Source: Roseibacillus sp. | Lineage (GTDB): Bacteria > Verrucomicrobiota > Verrucomicrobiia > Verrucomicrobiales > Akkermansiaceae | Direction: 5' to 3' | DNA: 64,000 bases | Assembly (NCBI GenBank): GCA_965242925.1 | Contig: CBDEUM010000014.1 | Coordinates: 352,001-416,000, forward strand | Shown: in pieces, positions 10,880-21,215 of the stretch | Numbering within the stretch: position 1 is the stretch's first letter | Layout: the number at the start of each line of letters is the position of its first letter | The notes under the pieces: model-generated | The model's input: the letters and a program-made list of their open reading frames with translations, nothing else | What the model was told of the DNA's origin: nothing | Database searches by the model: none | Position numbers and translations under genes: made by a program

Positions 10880-12067
10880 TTAATCCCCTCCCGGGAACTC
10901 TGCAAGGACCGTTACCACATGATCCTGCATCTCCCGCGTAAGCTCGGGATAAATCGGCAGGCTCAGCGCTTCTGTTGCCAGCAGGTGAGCTGTTTCGTTC
11001 CCCGTCCGGCTCCTCTCTGGAAGGTTGGTGAAGCACTCCTGCTGGTCCATCGTGAGCGGATAATAGATCTCACATCCTATCCCGTGGGTGGCCAGATGTT
11101 TCCTGAGGGCGTCGCGCCGGCCCTCCCCGCGCACCCGCAGGGTAAACTGATTCCAGATATGCTCGTTGTGTTCGCAGCAGGCAGGCAGGACGACCCGGGC
11201 CTCACCCGGGGATTCTTCCCGATCGTCGCCGCAGCAGCAGCGCGCCGGGGCCACCACCATCCCTGGGAGGGCGGACAACTTTCCCGTGTAGTAGGCGGCA
11301 TTCTCCTGCCGGGCCCTGGTGTAGTCGCCGTAACGGCGCAGCTTGACCCTGAGGAGGGCGGCCTGCAGCGGATCGAGGCGGAAATTCCCCCCCACTTCCC
11401 GGTGGAAATATTTCGGCTTGGACCCGTGCATGCGTAAGATCCGGGCCCGCTCCGCGAGGTCGTCGTCGTTGCACACCACCATCCCGCCATCACCGAACCC
11501 GCCCAGGTTCTTGGAGGGGAAAAAGCTGTAGGTCCCGAAGTCCCCCATCGCGCCACAGCCGCGCCCCCTGTAGCGTGCCCCGATGGCCTGCGCTCCATCC
11601 TCGATGACGTGGAGATTGTGTTCCCGGGCCAGCGTCATGACGGCATCCATTTCCGCGGATTGACCGAAGAGGTGGACCGGGATGATGGCCTTGGTGCGCT
11701 GTGTCACCTTGCGGGCCGCATCATCGGGGTCCAGGTTGAAGCACCCCGGACAGGCATCCACGAAGACCGGGGTTGCCCCCGTCCGGGAAATGCACCCGGC
11801 CGTCGCAAAGAAGGTGAAGGCGGGACAGAGCACCTCATCACCCGGACCAATATCAAGCGCCATGAGAGCCACCAGGATGGCGTCCGTCCCGGACGTCACT
11901 CCAATCCCGTGCCGGGCTCCCACGAACTCGGCCACCTCTGCTTCCAGGGCTTCCACCTCGGGGCCCATGATGAAACGGCCCGAATGGAGCACCCGGGTGA
12001 AGGCCGCCGTCAGTTCTTCTTCCAGGGGAAGATTCTGCGCGTTGACGTCGAGGAGAGGAACTTTCAT
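10880..12067 (-). CDS. DegT/DnrJ/EryC1/StrS aminotransferase, WbpE-like
   Basis: VIEDGAQAIG, SFFPSKNLGGFGDGG and NFRLDPLQAA motifs. Confidence 0.95.
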   Translation of the reverse strand: MKVPLLDVNAQNLPLEEELTAAFTRVLHSGRFIMGPEVEALEAEVAEFVGARHGIGVTSGTDAILVALMALDIGPGDEVLCPAFTFFATAGCISRTGATPVFVDACPGCFNLDPDDAARKVTQRTKAIIPVHLFGQSAEMDAVMTLAREHNLHVIEDGAQAIGARYRGRGCGAMGDFGTYSFFPSKNLGGFGDGGMVVCNDDDLAERARILRMHGSKPKYFHREVGGNFRLDPLQAALLRVKLRRYGDYTRARQENAAYYTGKLSALPGMVVAPARCCCGDDREESPGEARVVLPACCEHNEHIWNQFTLRVRGEGRRDALRKHLATHGIGCEIYYPLTMDQQECFTNLPERSRTGNETAHLLATEALSLPIYPELTREMQDHVVTVLAEFPGGD

Positions 12068-12166
12068 GGAAGTCGTTTCAAGGATTCATTAAAGATCGAG
12101 CACAGGAGGCATTGGAACCGCCCTTGATAAACGTGCTCCCGCGGAGTAGCTCAGCGGGACTGTCGG

Positions 12167-12892
12167 TCAGTCATTCGTCCGGCGTTCCAGGTAGGCCGGC
12201 AGGAGTTCCACAATCTCCGCTTCCCGTTCGGCCGGCATCTTCCTGTTGTATGCAGTGGACTCGTAGTTGATCTCCTCCCACTCCCCCGTCCGGGCCCGCT
12301 CAATCGCGGTCACGAGCATGTCCATCTGGGTCTCATAAAGGCGCTCGGACAAGTCGAAGATCGTATCATCCCTGAACAGGGCAATTTCCCGCCGCTCCAG
12401 AAGGCGGCCGGCATCCACCCGATGGTCGATAAGGTGTGAGGTCACCCCCGGCGGCACATCCTTACGAATGGACCAGAAGAGGGCATCCAACCCCCGCACC
12501 TCGGGAATCAGGCCGGGGTGAAAATTGATGATGCCGGTCGAGAACCGGTCGATCACCGGACGCTTCAGAATGCGTGCGCCCGAAATCACTCCAATGGTGG
12601 GCTTGATCGCATCGAGGAGATCGTTGATCTGATTCCCCTGATGAGGAACCACATGGTAATGGGCCCCAATCGCCTTCGCCACCTTTGCGGGTTCGATCAG
12701 GGCCCCGTGGCGCAGCTTCGAACGGATTGAACTTGGTGCAACGTTAAGCTTCACCGGATCAGCCGCCAGCACATGCCCCACAGAGACCCCTTCCGCGAAA
12801 AGACGGAAGAGGAAATCCTGCGTCTTCCGGTGGGGAAAGTTATAGGCCAGGACTACCACTGAATCCGTCATTGCAGGAGCCTCCTTTCTCAT
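12167..12892 (-). CDS. Formyltransferase family protein (probable sugar N-formyltransferase)
   Basis: IINFHPGLIPEVRG and GVTSHLIDHRVDAG catalytic N-x-H/D motifs. The start may be 12871. Confidence 0.85.
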   Translation of the reverse strand: MRKEAPAMTDSVVVLAYNFPHRKTQDFLFRLFAEGVSVGHVLAADPVKLNVAPSSIRSKLRHGALIEPAKVAKAIGAHYHVVPHQGNQINDLLDAIKPTIGVISGARILKRPVIDRFSTGIINFHPGLIPEVRGLDALFWSIRKDVPPGVTSHLIDHRVDAGRLLERREIALFRDDTIFDLSERLYETQMDMLVTAIERARTGEWEEINYESTAYNRKMPAEREAEIVELLPAYLERRTND

Positions 12893-12932
12893 CGGCTCGC
12901 GGCCGGGGGTGCCAAGTAATCACTCATTCCGC

Positions 12933-13862
12933 TCAATGCATCTGGATGCGTTCCAGCACCGTTACAACCGCCAGACCGTTTCGTCCGTCCGAGATCGGCA
13001 CCTTCCTGGTCTTGATGCAGTCAATGAAATGTTCAAGTTCGATACGCAGGGGCGGTCCGCTACCCTCGAAGACCACCTCACTTCCCTCGTCAACGCTTTC
13101 GAGATCGTCATTGATCCGCTTGCGGTGCAGGGTGACCGTGGCGGCGGCCTCATCGTAGACCACCATTCCCTTCTCGCCGATGATGGTGAGTTGTCGGCGG
13201 TTGGCTGGCCAGAGCCATGAGTTGTGCAGGTGAGCCTTGATCCCATCGAGGAATTCCATATGCACGTAGACATCGTCCTCCACCTTCTCCTGGAGCCCGC
13301 AATGGCCCGAGGCGAAGACGTGGCGCGGTTGACTGCCGACCAGATAGAGGAGCACCGCGATATCATGCACCCCGAGACTCCAGGTGACATTCTCAATATA
13401 GCGGGCCCTCCCCAGCTTCTTCCGCTCCTGGTGGAGATGGTAGATCTTCCCGATCTTCCCTTCACCGAGGAACCGCTTGATAAACTGAATCGGCGGCTGA
13501 TAGAGCAGGAGATGACCCACCATCAGGATGCGCTCGTGGGTCTCCGCCAGATTCACCAACTCTTCGGCTTCGCCCGAGGTAAGCGTCATCGGCTTCTCGA
13601 CGAAGACGTCCTTCCCCGCCCGCAGGCTGGCGGCCACCAGTTCGAAGTGGGTCGGCACTGGCGTCGCGATCGCGACCGCATTGCAGTCTCCTGCGATGAG
13701 GTCGCGGCCGCTTGAAAATATTTTCGCGGAGGGCGCGATGTCCCGGACCGCCTGCCGGTTGGCTTCGACTGGATCCGCAACCTCACTGAGGACCCCCATC
13801 TCCAGAAAGTTTCTCACCAGGTTTTTCCCCCAGTGTCCGGCTCCAATGACTCCTACTTTCAT
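12933..13862 (-). CDS. Gfo/Idh/MocA oxidoreductase, WbpB/WlbA-like 3-dehydrogenase
   Basis: VIGAGHWGKNL, VFVEKPM and WSLGVHD motifs; sits between a nucleotide-sugar dehydrogenase and an aminotransferase. Confidence 0.85.
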   Translation of the reverse strand: MKVGVIGAGHWGKNLVRNFLEMGVLSEVADPVEANRQAVRDIAPSAKIFSSGRDLIAGDCNAVAIATPVPTHFELVAASLRAGKDVFVEKPMTLTSGEAEELVNLAETHERILMVGHLLLYQPPIQFIKRFLGEGKIGKIYHLHQERKKLGRARYIENVTWSLGVHDIAVLLYLVGSQPRHVFASGHCGLQEKVEDDVYVHMEFLDGIKAHLHNSWLWPANRRQLTIIGEKGMVVYDEAAATVTLHRKRINDDLESVDEGSEVVFEGSGPPLRIELEHFIDCIKTRKVPISDGRNGLAVVTVLERIQMH

Positions 13863-13888
13863 GGTTCTTTTCCTGCCTGGCAGCAGAC

Positions 13889-14839
13889 TCAGGATCCCAG
13901 CACGTCATGCATGCGCACCACGCCCTGCAGCCGCCCTTCTTCATCCGTCACGGGAACCGCATACACCTTACGCTGCGGATTTTCCATGACGTCGAGCACG
14001 CGGGACAAGCGTTCGTCCGCCCTGATCGTCACCGGAGCGGTGGTCATCATGGCATCGGCCCGGGCTTCGTAGCGCTTCTCCATGACCGCCCGTCGCACAT
14101 CCCCGTCCGTGATCACACCCAGGATCCTGTCTTCCGCGTCGAGGACACACACCAGGCCCAGGGGAAACCTGGTGAGGGCCGTCACGATCTCATCCAGGCT
14201 CGCCCTTTCTCCAAGGACCGCCACGTCAGGACGGGGTTGCATGACGTCCCCGGCGCTCAGGAGGAGGCGGCGGCCGAGGACCCCCCCGGGATGGAGAACC
14301 GCGAATTCCTCCTCTCCGAAACCGCGCTCCGCCTGCAGGGTGGCGGCCAGAGTGTCCCCCGCCACCAGCGCGACGGCCGTGCTGCACATGGGCGCCAGAT
14401 TGAGGGAATCCCCCTCTTCCCCGATCTCAATCGGAATGACAAGGTCCAGGTGGCGGGCCAGGGAGCTGGCCGGCTTGCCCAGCAAGCCAATGGTCTGCAC
14501 TCCGATGGTCCGCAGGCTGGGCATCATGCGCAGGAGTTCCTCCGTCTCCCCGCTGTTTGAAACAAGGAGCACCACATCTCCTCCGCACACCACACCCATG
14601 TCCCCGTGCAGGGCCTCCGCCGCATTGAGGAACACCGCAGGGGTCCCGGTGGAGGCGAGGGTGGCCGCGGTCTTGTGTCCGATGATGCCCGATTTACCCA
14701 CCCCGGTGACGACAACCTTGCCCTCGCTCCGGAGAATGAGATCAGCCGCCTGACGCACCCTTTCCCCGGCTGCGCCCTGAAAGCGCTCAAGGGCATCTGT
14801 CACCGCATTAATCAGCTTGTGAAACGGCTCGTTCTTCAT
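13889..14839 (-). CDS. kpsF: KpsF/GutQ arabinose-5-phosphate isomerase (SIS + CBS)
   Basis: GVGKSG, EALHGDMG, SNSGETEE and HPGGVLG motifs; C-terminal CBS pair. Confidence 0.9.
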   Translation of the reverse strand: MKNEPFHKLINAVTDALERFQGAAGERVRQAADLILRSEGKVVVTGVGKSGIIGHKTAATLASTGTPAVFLNAAEALHGDMGVVCGGDVVLLVSNSGETEELLRMMPSLRTIGVQTIGLLGKPASSLARHLDLVIPIEIGEEGDSLNLAPMCSTAVALVAGDTLAATLQAERGFGEEEFAVLHPGGVLGRRLLLSAGDVMQPRPDVAVLGERASLDEIVTALTRFPLGLVCVLDAEDRILGVITDGDVRRAVMEKRYEARADAMMTTAPVTIRADERLSRVLDVMENPQRKVYAVPVTDEEGRLQGVVRMHDVLGS

Positions 14840-14889
14840 GGGATCACTCTGCTTTTCAGGTCTTCCTTCCAGCCCTTCCTGCCCCCTGG

Positions 14890-16224
14890 CTAGGCCTTCA
14901 CCACCTGGCCCTCGCGTGGCGTCAGGCCAGCCCGGGCAATGGCGTTGCGGGTGTCGATCACGAGATCCGCAGATTCAAGGAGACCTGCCAGGTCAAAGAC
15001 CCGGTGATTGGTGGCAATCAGGACGCAGTCGAAACCCGCGATGATTTCCGGCGTCCCCTCCACCGACCTGGCACCCGTCCAGCGCGCATGCTCACGGGTC
15101 GGGATGATTTCCGGGATGTGAGGATCGTAGTAGGCAACCTCCGCCCCCAGATCGGCCAATTCGTCCATCAGGGCAAAGGTCGGCGATTCCCGCATGTCGT
15201 CAACGTTCTCCTTGTAGGCCAGTCCCATGAGGAGGATGCGGCTGCCCTTCACCGACTTGGAACGCTGGTTGAGGGCCTCCATCGTGCGCTGCACCACCCA
15301 GTGCGGCATACTGGTGTTGATTTCTCCCGCCAATTCGATGAAGCGCGTGTGCACGCCATACTCCCGCGCCTTCCAGGTCAGGTAATAGGGATCGATGGGG
15401 ATGCAGTGCCCGCCCAGGCCCGGTCCGGGGTAGAACGGCGTGAACCCGAAAGGCTTGGTCGCAGCCGCCTCAATCACTTCCCAGATGTCAATGCCCATCC
15501 GATCGGCGGCCACCTTCAATTCGTTCACCAATCCGATGTTCACGGCCCGGTAGATATTCTCCAGCAGCTTGGCGAACTCGGCCACCTGGGTGGAACGCAC
15601 CGGAACCACCTCCGAAACCACCGCCTGATAGAGGGCCTGCCCCACCCGGGCACAGTCCTCGGTGATTCCCCCGACCACCTTGGGAATACTGGTGGCCGAG
15701 AAGTCGGGATTGCCGGGATCCTCCCGCTCCGGGGAGTAAACCAGGAAGATGTCCGTGCCGACCACCAGTCCCCGCTTCTCGATGAGGGGTCGCAGTTCCT
15801 CGTCCGTGGTCCCGGGATAGGTTGTGCTTTCCAGGCTCACCACCTGCCCGGGTCGCAAATGCGGCACGAGACTCTCCATGGTGCTGAGGACAAAGCTGAG
15901 ATCGGGCTCAAAATGTTCGTCAAGGGGCGTGGGCACACACATGATGAGCGCGTCCGCGCGACTGGCCTCCGAGAAATCCGTGGTGACTTCCAGCTTCCCG
16001 CTCTCGACGGCCTCCGCAATAGACCCGCTCGGAATGTGCTCAATGTAACTCTCCCCTGCCCGGAGGGAATCGATCTTTTTCCGGTCGATGTCTATCCCCA
16101 TCACCTGGAAGCCCCGGCTCACGAAGCCGAGGATCAGGGGGAGCCCGACGTAACCCAGGCCCACCACCCCGATCACAGCGGAACCATTCTCTATCTTTTC
16201 CAGGGTCTTGTCTGTTAGTTTCAT
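14890..16224 (-). CDS. UDP-GlcNAc 6-dehydrogenase, WbpA-like
   Basis: [25 protein letters not shown] and [14 protein letters not shown] motifs. Confidence 0.92.
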   Translation of the reverse strand: MKLTDKTLEKIENGSAVIGVVGLGYVGLPLILGFVSRGFQVMGIDIDRKKIDSLRAGESYIEHIPSGSIAEAVESGKLEVTTDFSEASRADALIMCVPTPLDEHFEPDLSFVLSTMESLVPHLRPGQVVSLESTTYPGTTDEELRPLIEKRGLVVGTDIFLVYSPEREDPGNPDFSATSIPKVVGGITEDCARVGQALYQAVVSEVVPVRSTQVAEFAKLLENIYRAVNIGLVNELKVAADRMGIDIWEVIEAAATKPFGFTPFYPGPGLGGHCIPIDPYYLTWKAREYGVHTRFIELAGEINTSMPHWVVQRTMEALNQRSKSVKGSRILLMGLAYKENVDDMRESPTFALMDELADLGAEVAYYDPHIPEIIPTREHARWTGARSVEGTPEIIAGFDCVLIATNHRVFDLAGLLESADLVIDTRNAIARAGLTPREGQVVKA

Positions 16225-16235
16225 CTCTTCTCTGG

Positions 16236-17480
16236 CTACAGGATCATCCCGGCTCCCACCGTCTCGTTGGTGCCGGGATCAATCAGGATGAATGATCCCG
16301 TCTGCCGGTTACGACGATAGGCATCGTGCAGGAGAGGGACCGCCGTGCGCAGCCGGATGCGCCCGATCTCGTTCAATTGGAAAGACTCCACCTCTTCGAT
16401 CTTATGGAGGGTGTCGATATCGACCTGATAACGGATCTCCTCCACCACCGCCTTTGTTTCCCGGGTGGTGTGCCGCAGGACATATTTGCCCCGGGAACGC
16501 ATCGGCGTCTGCGAAAACCAGCAGATCATGGCATCGATATCCTGATCGATCTTGGGCTGGTTGTTGGGCTTGGCGATCATGTCTCCCCGGGAGAGATCGA
16601 TCTCATCCTCCAGAGTAAGGCAGACCGACTGGGGTGAATAGGCCTCGCTCTTCTCCCCGTCCGCGGCATGAATCCCCTTCACCCGGGTGGTGAAGCCCGA
16701 CGGCAGGACCGCCACTTCATCACCCGGCTTGAAGACACCCCCGGCGACCCTCCCCGCGTAGCCCCGGAAATCGTGCCACTGGTCGCTCTGCGGCCGGATC
16801 ACCCACTGGACCGGAAAGCGCGCATCCACATGATTCTCCTCCCCGCCGATGTAGACGTTTTCAAGATGGTAGAGCAGGGACGGTCCCTCATACCAGGGCG
16901 TCCTCTCCGAACGATCCACCACGTTATCCCCCTCCAGGGCCGAGATCGGGAGGGACTGGATCCCGATGATGCCATCAAGGCGGGAGGCAAAGGATTCATA
17001 CTCCCCCACGATGTTCTCGTAGACTTCCTGCGAGTAGTCCACCAGGTCCATCTTGTTGACCGCCACCACCAGGTGCTGGATACGCAACAGACTGGCGATG
17101 AAGGAATGACGCTTGGTCTGCTCGATCACGCCCTTGCGCGCATCGATAAGGATGATGGCCAGGTTGGCGGTGGATGCACCGGTCACCATGTTGCGGGTGT
17201 ACTGGATATGCCCCGGGGTATCCGCGATGATGAACTTGCGCTTTGGAGTCGCAAAATAGCGGTAGGCTACGTCAATCGTGATCCCCTGCTCCCGCTCCGC
17301 CCGCAACCCGTCGGTCAGCAACGCCAGATTGACATGCTCGTCGCCCCGCTTCCGTGAGCTTTCCTCGATCGCCTCAAGCTGATCTTCGAAAATCGACTTG
17401 GAGTCGTAGAGAAGCCGTCCAATCAGGGTCGATTTCCCATCGTCAACCGAGCCAGCGGTGGTGAATCTGAGTAAGTCCAT
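16236..17480 (-). CDS. cysN: Sulfate adenylyltransferase subunit 1
   Basis: [30 protein letters not shown] and [12 protein letters not shown] motifs. Confidence 0.97.
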   Translation of the reverse strand: MDLLRFTTAGSVDDGKSTLIGRLLYDSKSIFEDQLEAIEESSRKRGDEHVNLALLTDGLRAEREQGITIDVAYRYFATPKRKFIIADTPGHIQYTRNMVTGASTANLAIILIDARKGVIEQTKRHSFIASLLRIQHLVVAVNKMDLVDYSQEVYENIVGEYESFASRLDGIIGIQSLPISALEGDNVVDRSERTPWYEGPSLLYHLENVYIGGEENHVDARFPVQWVIRPQSDQWHDFRGYAGRVAGGVFKPGDEVAVLPSGFTTRVKGIHAADGEKSEAYSPQSVCLTLEDEIDLSRGDMIAKPNNQPKIDQDIDAMICWFSQTPMRSRGKYVLRHTTRETKAVVEEIRYQVDIDTLHKIEEVESFQLNEIGRIRLRTAVPLLHDAYRRNRQTGSFILIDPGTNETVGAGMIL

Positions 17481-17572
17481 TCCGTATGTGTTGAGTTGCA
17501 GGCCTTCGTTCCGCCTCCCGACTGCATTCATGTCCAGGCCATGAACTGCGGGCGACGGCTGAAATCGCCCCG

Positions 17573-18478
17573 TTAAAAGTATCCTTCCTTCTTCCTGTCC
17601 TCCATCGCCGTTTCCGAGCGCTTGTCGTCAGCCCGGTTGCCGCGCTCGGTCTGCCGGGCGGCCGCAACCTCCTCGATGATCCGGTCCATGGTGTCGGCGC
17701 CCGATTCCACCGCGCCGGTGATGGTGGCATCCCCCATCGTCCGGAAGCGGATCAACTTCTTCTCAACGGTCTCCCCCTCGCGCGGCTGCACGAACTCCGA
17801 CACCGCCAGAATGGTGCCGTCGCGGGTGACCGTTTCGCGTTCGTGGGCATAGTAGAGGCTGGGCAGCTCGATGCCTTCCTGTTGCATGTACATCCACACG
17901 TCCATCTCAGTAAAATTGGAGAGCGGAAAGATGCGGAAATGCTCGCCCTCATGCTTCCTCCCGTTGAAGACATTCCAGAGTTCAGGTCTTTGGTTCTTGG
18001 GATCCCACTGCCCGAAATCATCCCGGTGCGAAAAGAAGCGCTCCTTGGCCCGGGCCTTCTCCTCGTCACGTCGGCCACCTCCCAGCGCGGCATCGAAGCC
18101 GTGCTCCTCGATGGTGTCCAGAAGAGTAGTGATCTGCAGGCTGTTGCGCGAGGCATTGGCTCCCTTCTCCTCCTGCACGCGCCCTTCATCGATGGCCTTC
18201 TGGACCGACCCGACAACCAGACGCGCCCCCATCTTTTCGGCAAAGGCATCGCGGTAGTCGATGGTTTCCCTGAAGTTGTGGCCGGTGTCAATGTGCACCA
18301 GCGGAAAGGGAAGGCGGGCCGGCCAGAAGGCCTTGCAGGCCAGGTGAGCCATCACGATGGAATCCTTCCCGCCCGAGAAGAGCAGGGCCGGATTCTCAAA
18401 TTGGGCCGCCGTTTCCCGCAGCAGAAAGATGGCTTCGGCTTCGAGTTGCTCGAGGTGACTGAGGTGGTAGTCAGGCAT
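17573..18478 (-). CDS. cysD: Sulfate adenylyltransferase subunit 2
   Basis: SGGKDS, GGGRRDEEKARAKER and WDPKNQRPELW motifs. Confidence 0.97.
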   Translation of the reverse strand: MPDYHLSHLEQLEAEAIFLLRETAAQFENPALLFSGGKDSIVMAHLACKAFWPARLPFPLVHIDTGHNFRETIDYRDAFAEKMGARLVVGSVQKAIDEGRVQEEKGANASRNSLQITTLLDTIEEHGFDAALGGGRRDEEKARAKERFFSHRDDFGQWDPKNQRPELWNVFNGRKHEGEHFRIFPLSNFTEMDVWMYMQQEGIELPSLYYAHERETVTRDGTILAVSEFVQPREGETVEKKLIRFRTMGDATITGAVESGADTMDRIIEEVAAARQTERGNRADDKRSETAMEDRKKEGYF

Positions 18479-18508
18479 GTCGCTCTTTGGTGAAAGGAAT
18501 CGGCCCGT

Positions 18509-19108
18509 TCAGCTCCCTGAAGGGCCGGAGAGATGGTCGAGGAGGATCCGGGCACACTCCTCCGCGCCGTGGGTGTCGGTATCGAGCACCAGTTCGGCTT
18601 CGTCTCCGGGTTCTTCAAATTCGCTGTCCCTGCCCGTGAACTGCTCGATCTGTCCGGCCTCCGCCCTGGCGTAAAGTCCCTTCGGATCACGTTCGGCACA
18701 GGTCGCATACCCGGCCTTGACGAAGACTTCCCGGAAGTCCTCTCCGATGATTCCCCGGGCCAGGGCCCGCAGGTCCCGGCGGGGCGTGATGACCGAAACG
18801 AAGGTGATGATTCCCTGCTCCGCAAAGAGCCTGGCCACCTCTGCATTACGCCGGATGTTCTCCGCCCGGTCGTCATCCGAGAATCCCAGGTTCCGGTTGA
18901 GCCCGGAGCGCAGGTTGTCGCCGTCCAGGATGGTCGTGAAACGTCCCTCCTGGGACAACGCACGCTCCGCGAGGTTCGCGATGGTCGACTTCCCGGATCC
19001 GGAAAGGCCATAGAGCCAGAGCACCGCACCCTGCTGGTCCAGAAGCCGTTCCTTGTCCTCCCGTCCCAGGAAGCGATGAAATTCAGGGTGTATGTTGGTT
19101 GCGGCCAT
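18509..19108 (-). CDS. cysC: Adenylyl-sulfate kinase
   Basis: GLSGSGKST, LDGDNLR and RDPKGLY motifs. Confidence 0.97.
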   Translation of the reverse strand: MAATNIHPEFHRFLGREDKERLLDQQGAVLWLYGLSGSGKSTIANLAERALSQEGRFTTILDGDNLRSGLNRNLGFSDDDRAENIRRNAEVARLFAEQGIITFVSVITPRRDLRALARGIIGEDFREVFVKAGYATCAERDPKGLYARAEAGQIEQFTGRDSEFEEPGDEAELVLDTDTHGAEECARILLDHLSGPSGS

Positions 19109-19126
19109 GAAGTCGGTGGGCACGGT

Positions 19127-19372
19127 TCACGAGCGGCTGGCGGCCTCGCGAATCATCCCGCGGGGCACAATCTGCCACAGTCGTTCGTGAAGATAGTAGA
19201 CGAGGAACTTGGCGAAAAACTCGATTCCCCCAATGGCGAGGGCAGGCCTGATATCGCGGTAGACCAGCCAGGCGATCAGGATGGTGGTAATGGTCGCGAT
19301 CACCCGCCAGCTCAGCGCCTTCAGCAGGCTCCGCACGTTGGACTCCTTCTGCATCTCACTTTCCATCGTCAT
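19127..19372 (-). CDS. DUF2061 small membrane protein
   Basis: 'RSLLKALSWR...YYLHERLW'; ATGA overlap with the upstream gene. Confidence 0.85.
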   Translation of the reverse strand: MTMESEMQKESNVRSLLKALSWRVIATITTILIAWLVYRDIRPALAIGGIEFFAKFLVYYLHERLWQIVPRGMIREAASRS

Positions 19373-20184
19373 TTCTCCAGGGGATATTTCTTGAAATCCA
19401 TCAACTGGGGGAGGATCGCGAAGATGAATCCAGCATTGTTGATCGAGTAGCGGCGCCAGAGGCGACGGGGTTCCTGACACAGGCGGAAGAGCCATTCGAG
19501 GCCCCTGCGCTGCATCCAGCGGGGAGCCTGGTTCACCCTGCCGGTGTGAAAGTCAAAAGCCGCCCCCACGCCGAGCATCATCAGGCCATGGTCCCACCCG
19601 GCACAGAGATCCGGGTGACGGGCCAGGAAGCCGTGCATGAAACGTTCCTGCTTGGGAGTGCTCAGGCCCACCCAGAAAAAGTGGGGTCGGTTTTCCTGCA
19701 GCTGTTCCACGAGGTCCCGTTCCTCCCGGTCTGTCAACTCCCGGAACGGGGGGCACTCGACCCCGACCACCCGGGTGCCCGGAAACCGCTTCTGCATGCG
19801 TCCGCCCAGTTCGGCGGCCACTCCCTGATTGCCTCCCCAGAAGAAATGCCCGCGACCACTTCCGGCGCTGGCGCGCACCACATCAATCATCAGATCGGGG
19901 CCGTAGACGCGACCCACGGAATCGTGTCCGTTCCAGTGGGCCATCCAGACCATGGGCATCCCGTCCGGGGTTGATAGGTAGGAGCGATTGTGGATGCGCT
20001 TGAGTTCCACGTCGCGCTGCGACTCCATCACTCCGTGCACTCCTGTCACCGTGACGTAACCGCTGAATCCCTTCCGGTCCGCACCCTCAAGCACCTCCTT
20101 TACTGCACGCGGCATGTTCAGGGTGCTGATCCCCACCCCGAGCACATTGATCCGCTCGATTCCCCTGGAAGTGTCCCTGCTCAT
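19369..20184 (-). CDS. WecB/TagA/CpsF (GT26) glycosyltransferase
   Basis: PDGMP, RVYGPDL, GLSTPKQE, GVGAAFDF and EPRRLWRRY motifs. Confidence 0.95.
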   Translation of the reverse strand: MSRDTSRGIERINVLGVGISTLNMPRAVKEVLEGADRKGFSGYVTVTGVHGVMESQRDVELKRIHNRSYLSTPDGMPMVWMAHWNGHDSVGRVYGPDLMIDVVRASAGSGRGHFFWGGNQGVAAELGGRMQKRFPGTRVVGVECPPFRELTDREERDLVEQLQENRPHFFWVGLSTPKQERFMHGFLARHPDLCAGWDHGLMMLGVGAAFDFHTGRVNQAPRWMQRRGLEWLFRLCQEPRRLWRRYSINNAGFIFAILPQLMDFKKYPLEK

Positions 20185-20206
20185 GCTGATTCGTCGCCGT
20201 CGAATC

Positions 20207-21208
20207 TCAGTCAACCACGACCTCGCCACGCTTGCGGCGTTCGTATTGCTCCTTGATCCAGTGATAGGTCTTCTCCAGCCCGGTGGCCAGATTGACCTCC
20301 GGTTCCCAGCCAAGGGTTTCCCGGATGAGGGTGTTGTCCGAGTTGCGCCCACGAACCCCCTGCGGCTTGCTCAAGTCGTAGTTCCGGTTGAGTTTGATCC
20401 CGGCAATCCCCTCGATGATCTCAAGCAGGCCGTTGATGCTCACCAGTTCGGCCCGTCCGAGGTTGAGCGGCTCGGAGTGGCCGGATTCCATCAGACGCGC
20501 CATTCCGCCCACGCAATCATTGATGTACATGAAGGATCTCGTCTGCTCGCCATCTCCCCAGATCTCTATCTCGTGATTCCCCGTGTCGGCCGCCTCGATG
20601 ACCTTGCGGCAGAGAGCAGCAGGCGCCTTCTCGCGCCCTCCGACCCAGGTCCCGAAGGGGCCGTAGACGTTATGAAAGCGGAAGACCCGCACGTTGAGGC
20701 CAAAGTCCTCGTGAAAATTCCGGCACATGCGCTCCGAGAAGAGTTTCTCCCACCCATACCCATCTTCCGGTTGCGCGGGATAGGCGTCCGACTCCTTGAG
20801 GGCCATCACGTCGGCGTCGTCCTGCCGGTAGTCCGGGTAAACGCAGGCACTACTGGCGTAAAAGAAGCCCTTCACGCCCAGGTCCCGGGCCCCCATCAGA
20901 AGATGGGTATTGATCAGCACGCTGATCATGCAGAGAGCGCGGTTGAACTCGATAAAGCCCATCCCTCCCATGTTGCAGGCCAGATTATAGACTTCGTCAC
21001 ATCCCTCCATCACCTCGTAGCAGGCCTGTTTTTCCTCCAGGTTGAGAACGTGATTCTCCGCTTCCCCGTGCACCTGGTACCATTGGTCGAGACGTTTGAT
21101 ATCGGCAACCACCACCTGATGGCCCTTTGCCAGCAGCGCCCCCGCCAGGTGTCCCCCGATAAAGCCCCCGCCTCCGGCGATCAGGATTCGTTTATGTTGC
21201 TGGGTCAT
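20207..21208 (-). CDS. GDP-mannose 3,5-epimerase-like extended SDR
   Basis: MGGMGFI, ASSACVYP, YGWEK, GGREKAPAALCRK and GVRGRNSDN, as in GME enzymes. Confidence 0.88.
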   Translation of the reverse strand: MTQQHKRILIAGGGGFIGGHLAGALLAKGHQVVVADIKRLDQWYQVHGEAENHVLNLEEKQACYEVMEGCDEVYNLACNMGGMGFIEFNRALCMISVLINTHLLMGARDLGVKGFFYASSACVYPDYRQDDADVMALKESDAYPAQPEDGYGWEKLFSERMCRNFHEDFGLNVRVFRFHNVYGPFGTWVGGREKAPAALCRKVIEAADTGNHEIEIWGDGEQTRSFMYINDCVGGMARLMESGHSEPLNLGRAELVSINGLLEIIEGIAGIKLNRNYDLSKPQGVRGRNSDNTLIRETLGWEPEVNLATGLEKTYHWIKEQYERRKRGEVVVD

Positions 21209-21215
21209 GGGTGTT

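Noticed and set aside
12140..12154. CGCGGAGTAGCTCAG resembles a tRNA 5' end
   Set aside because: No D-loop GG/AGAGC continuation, anticodon arm or TTCGA T-loop follows; it runs into a CDS.
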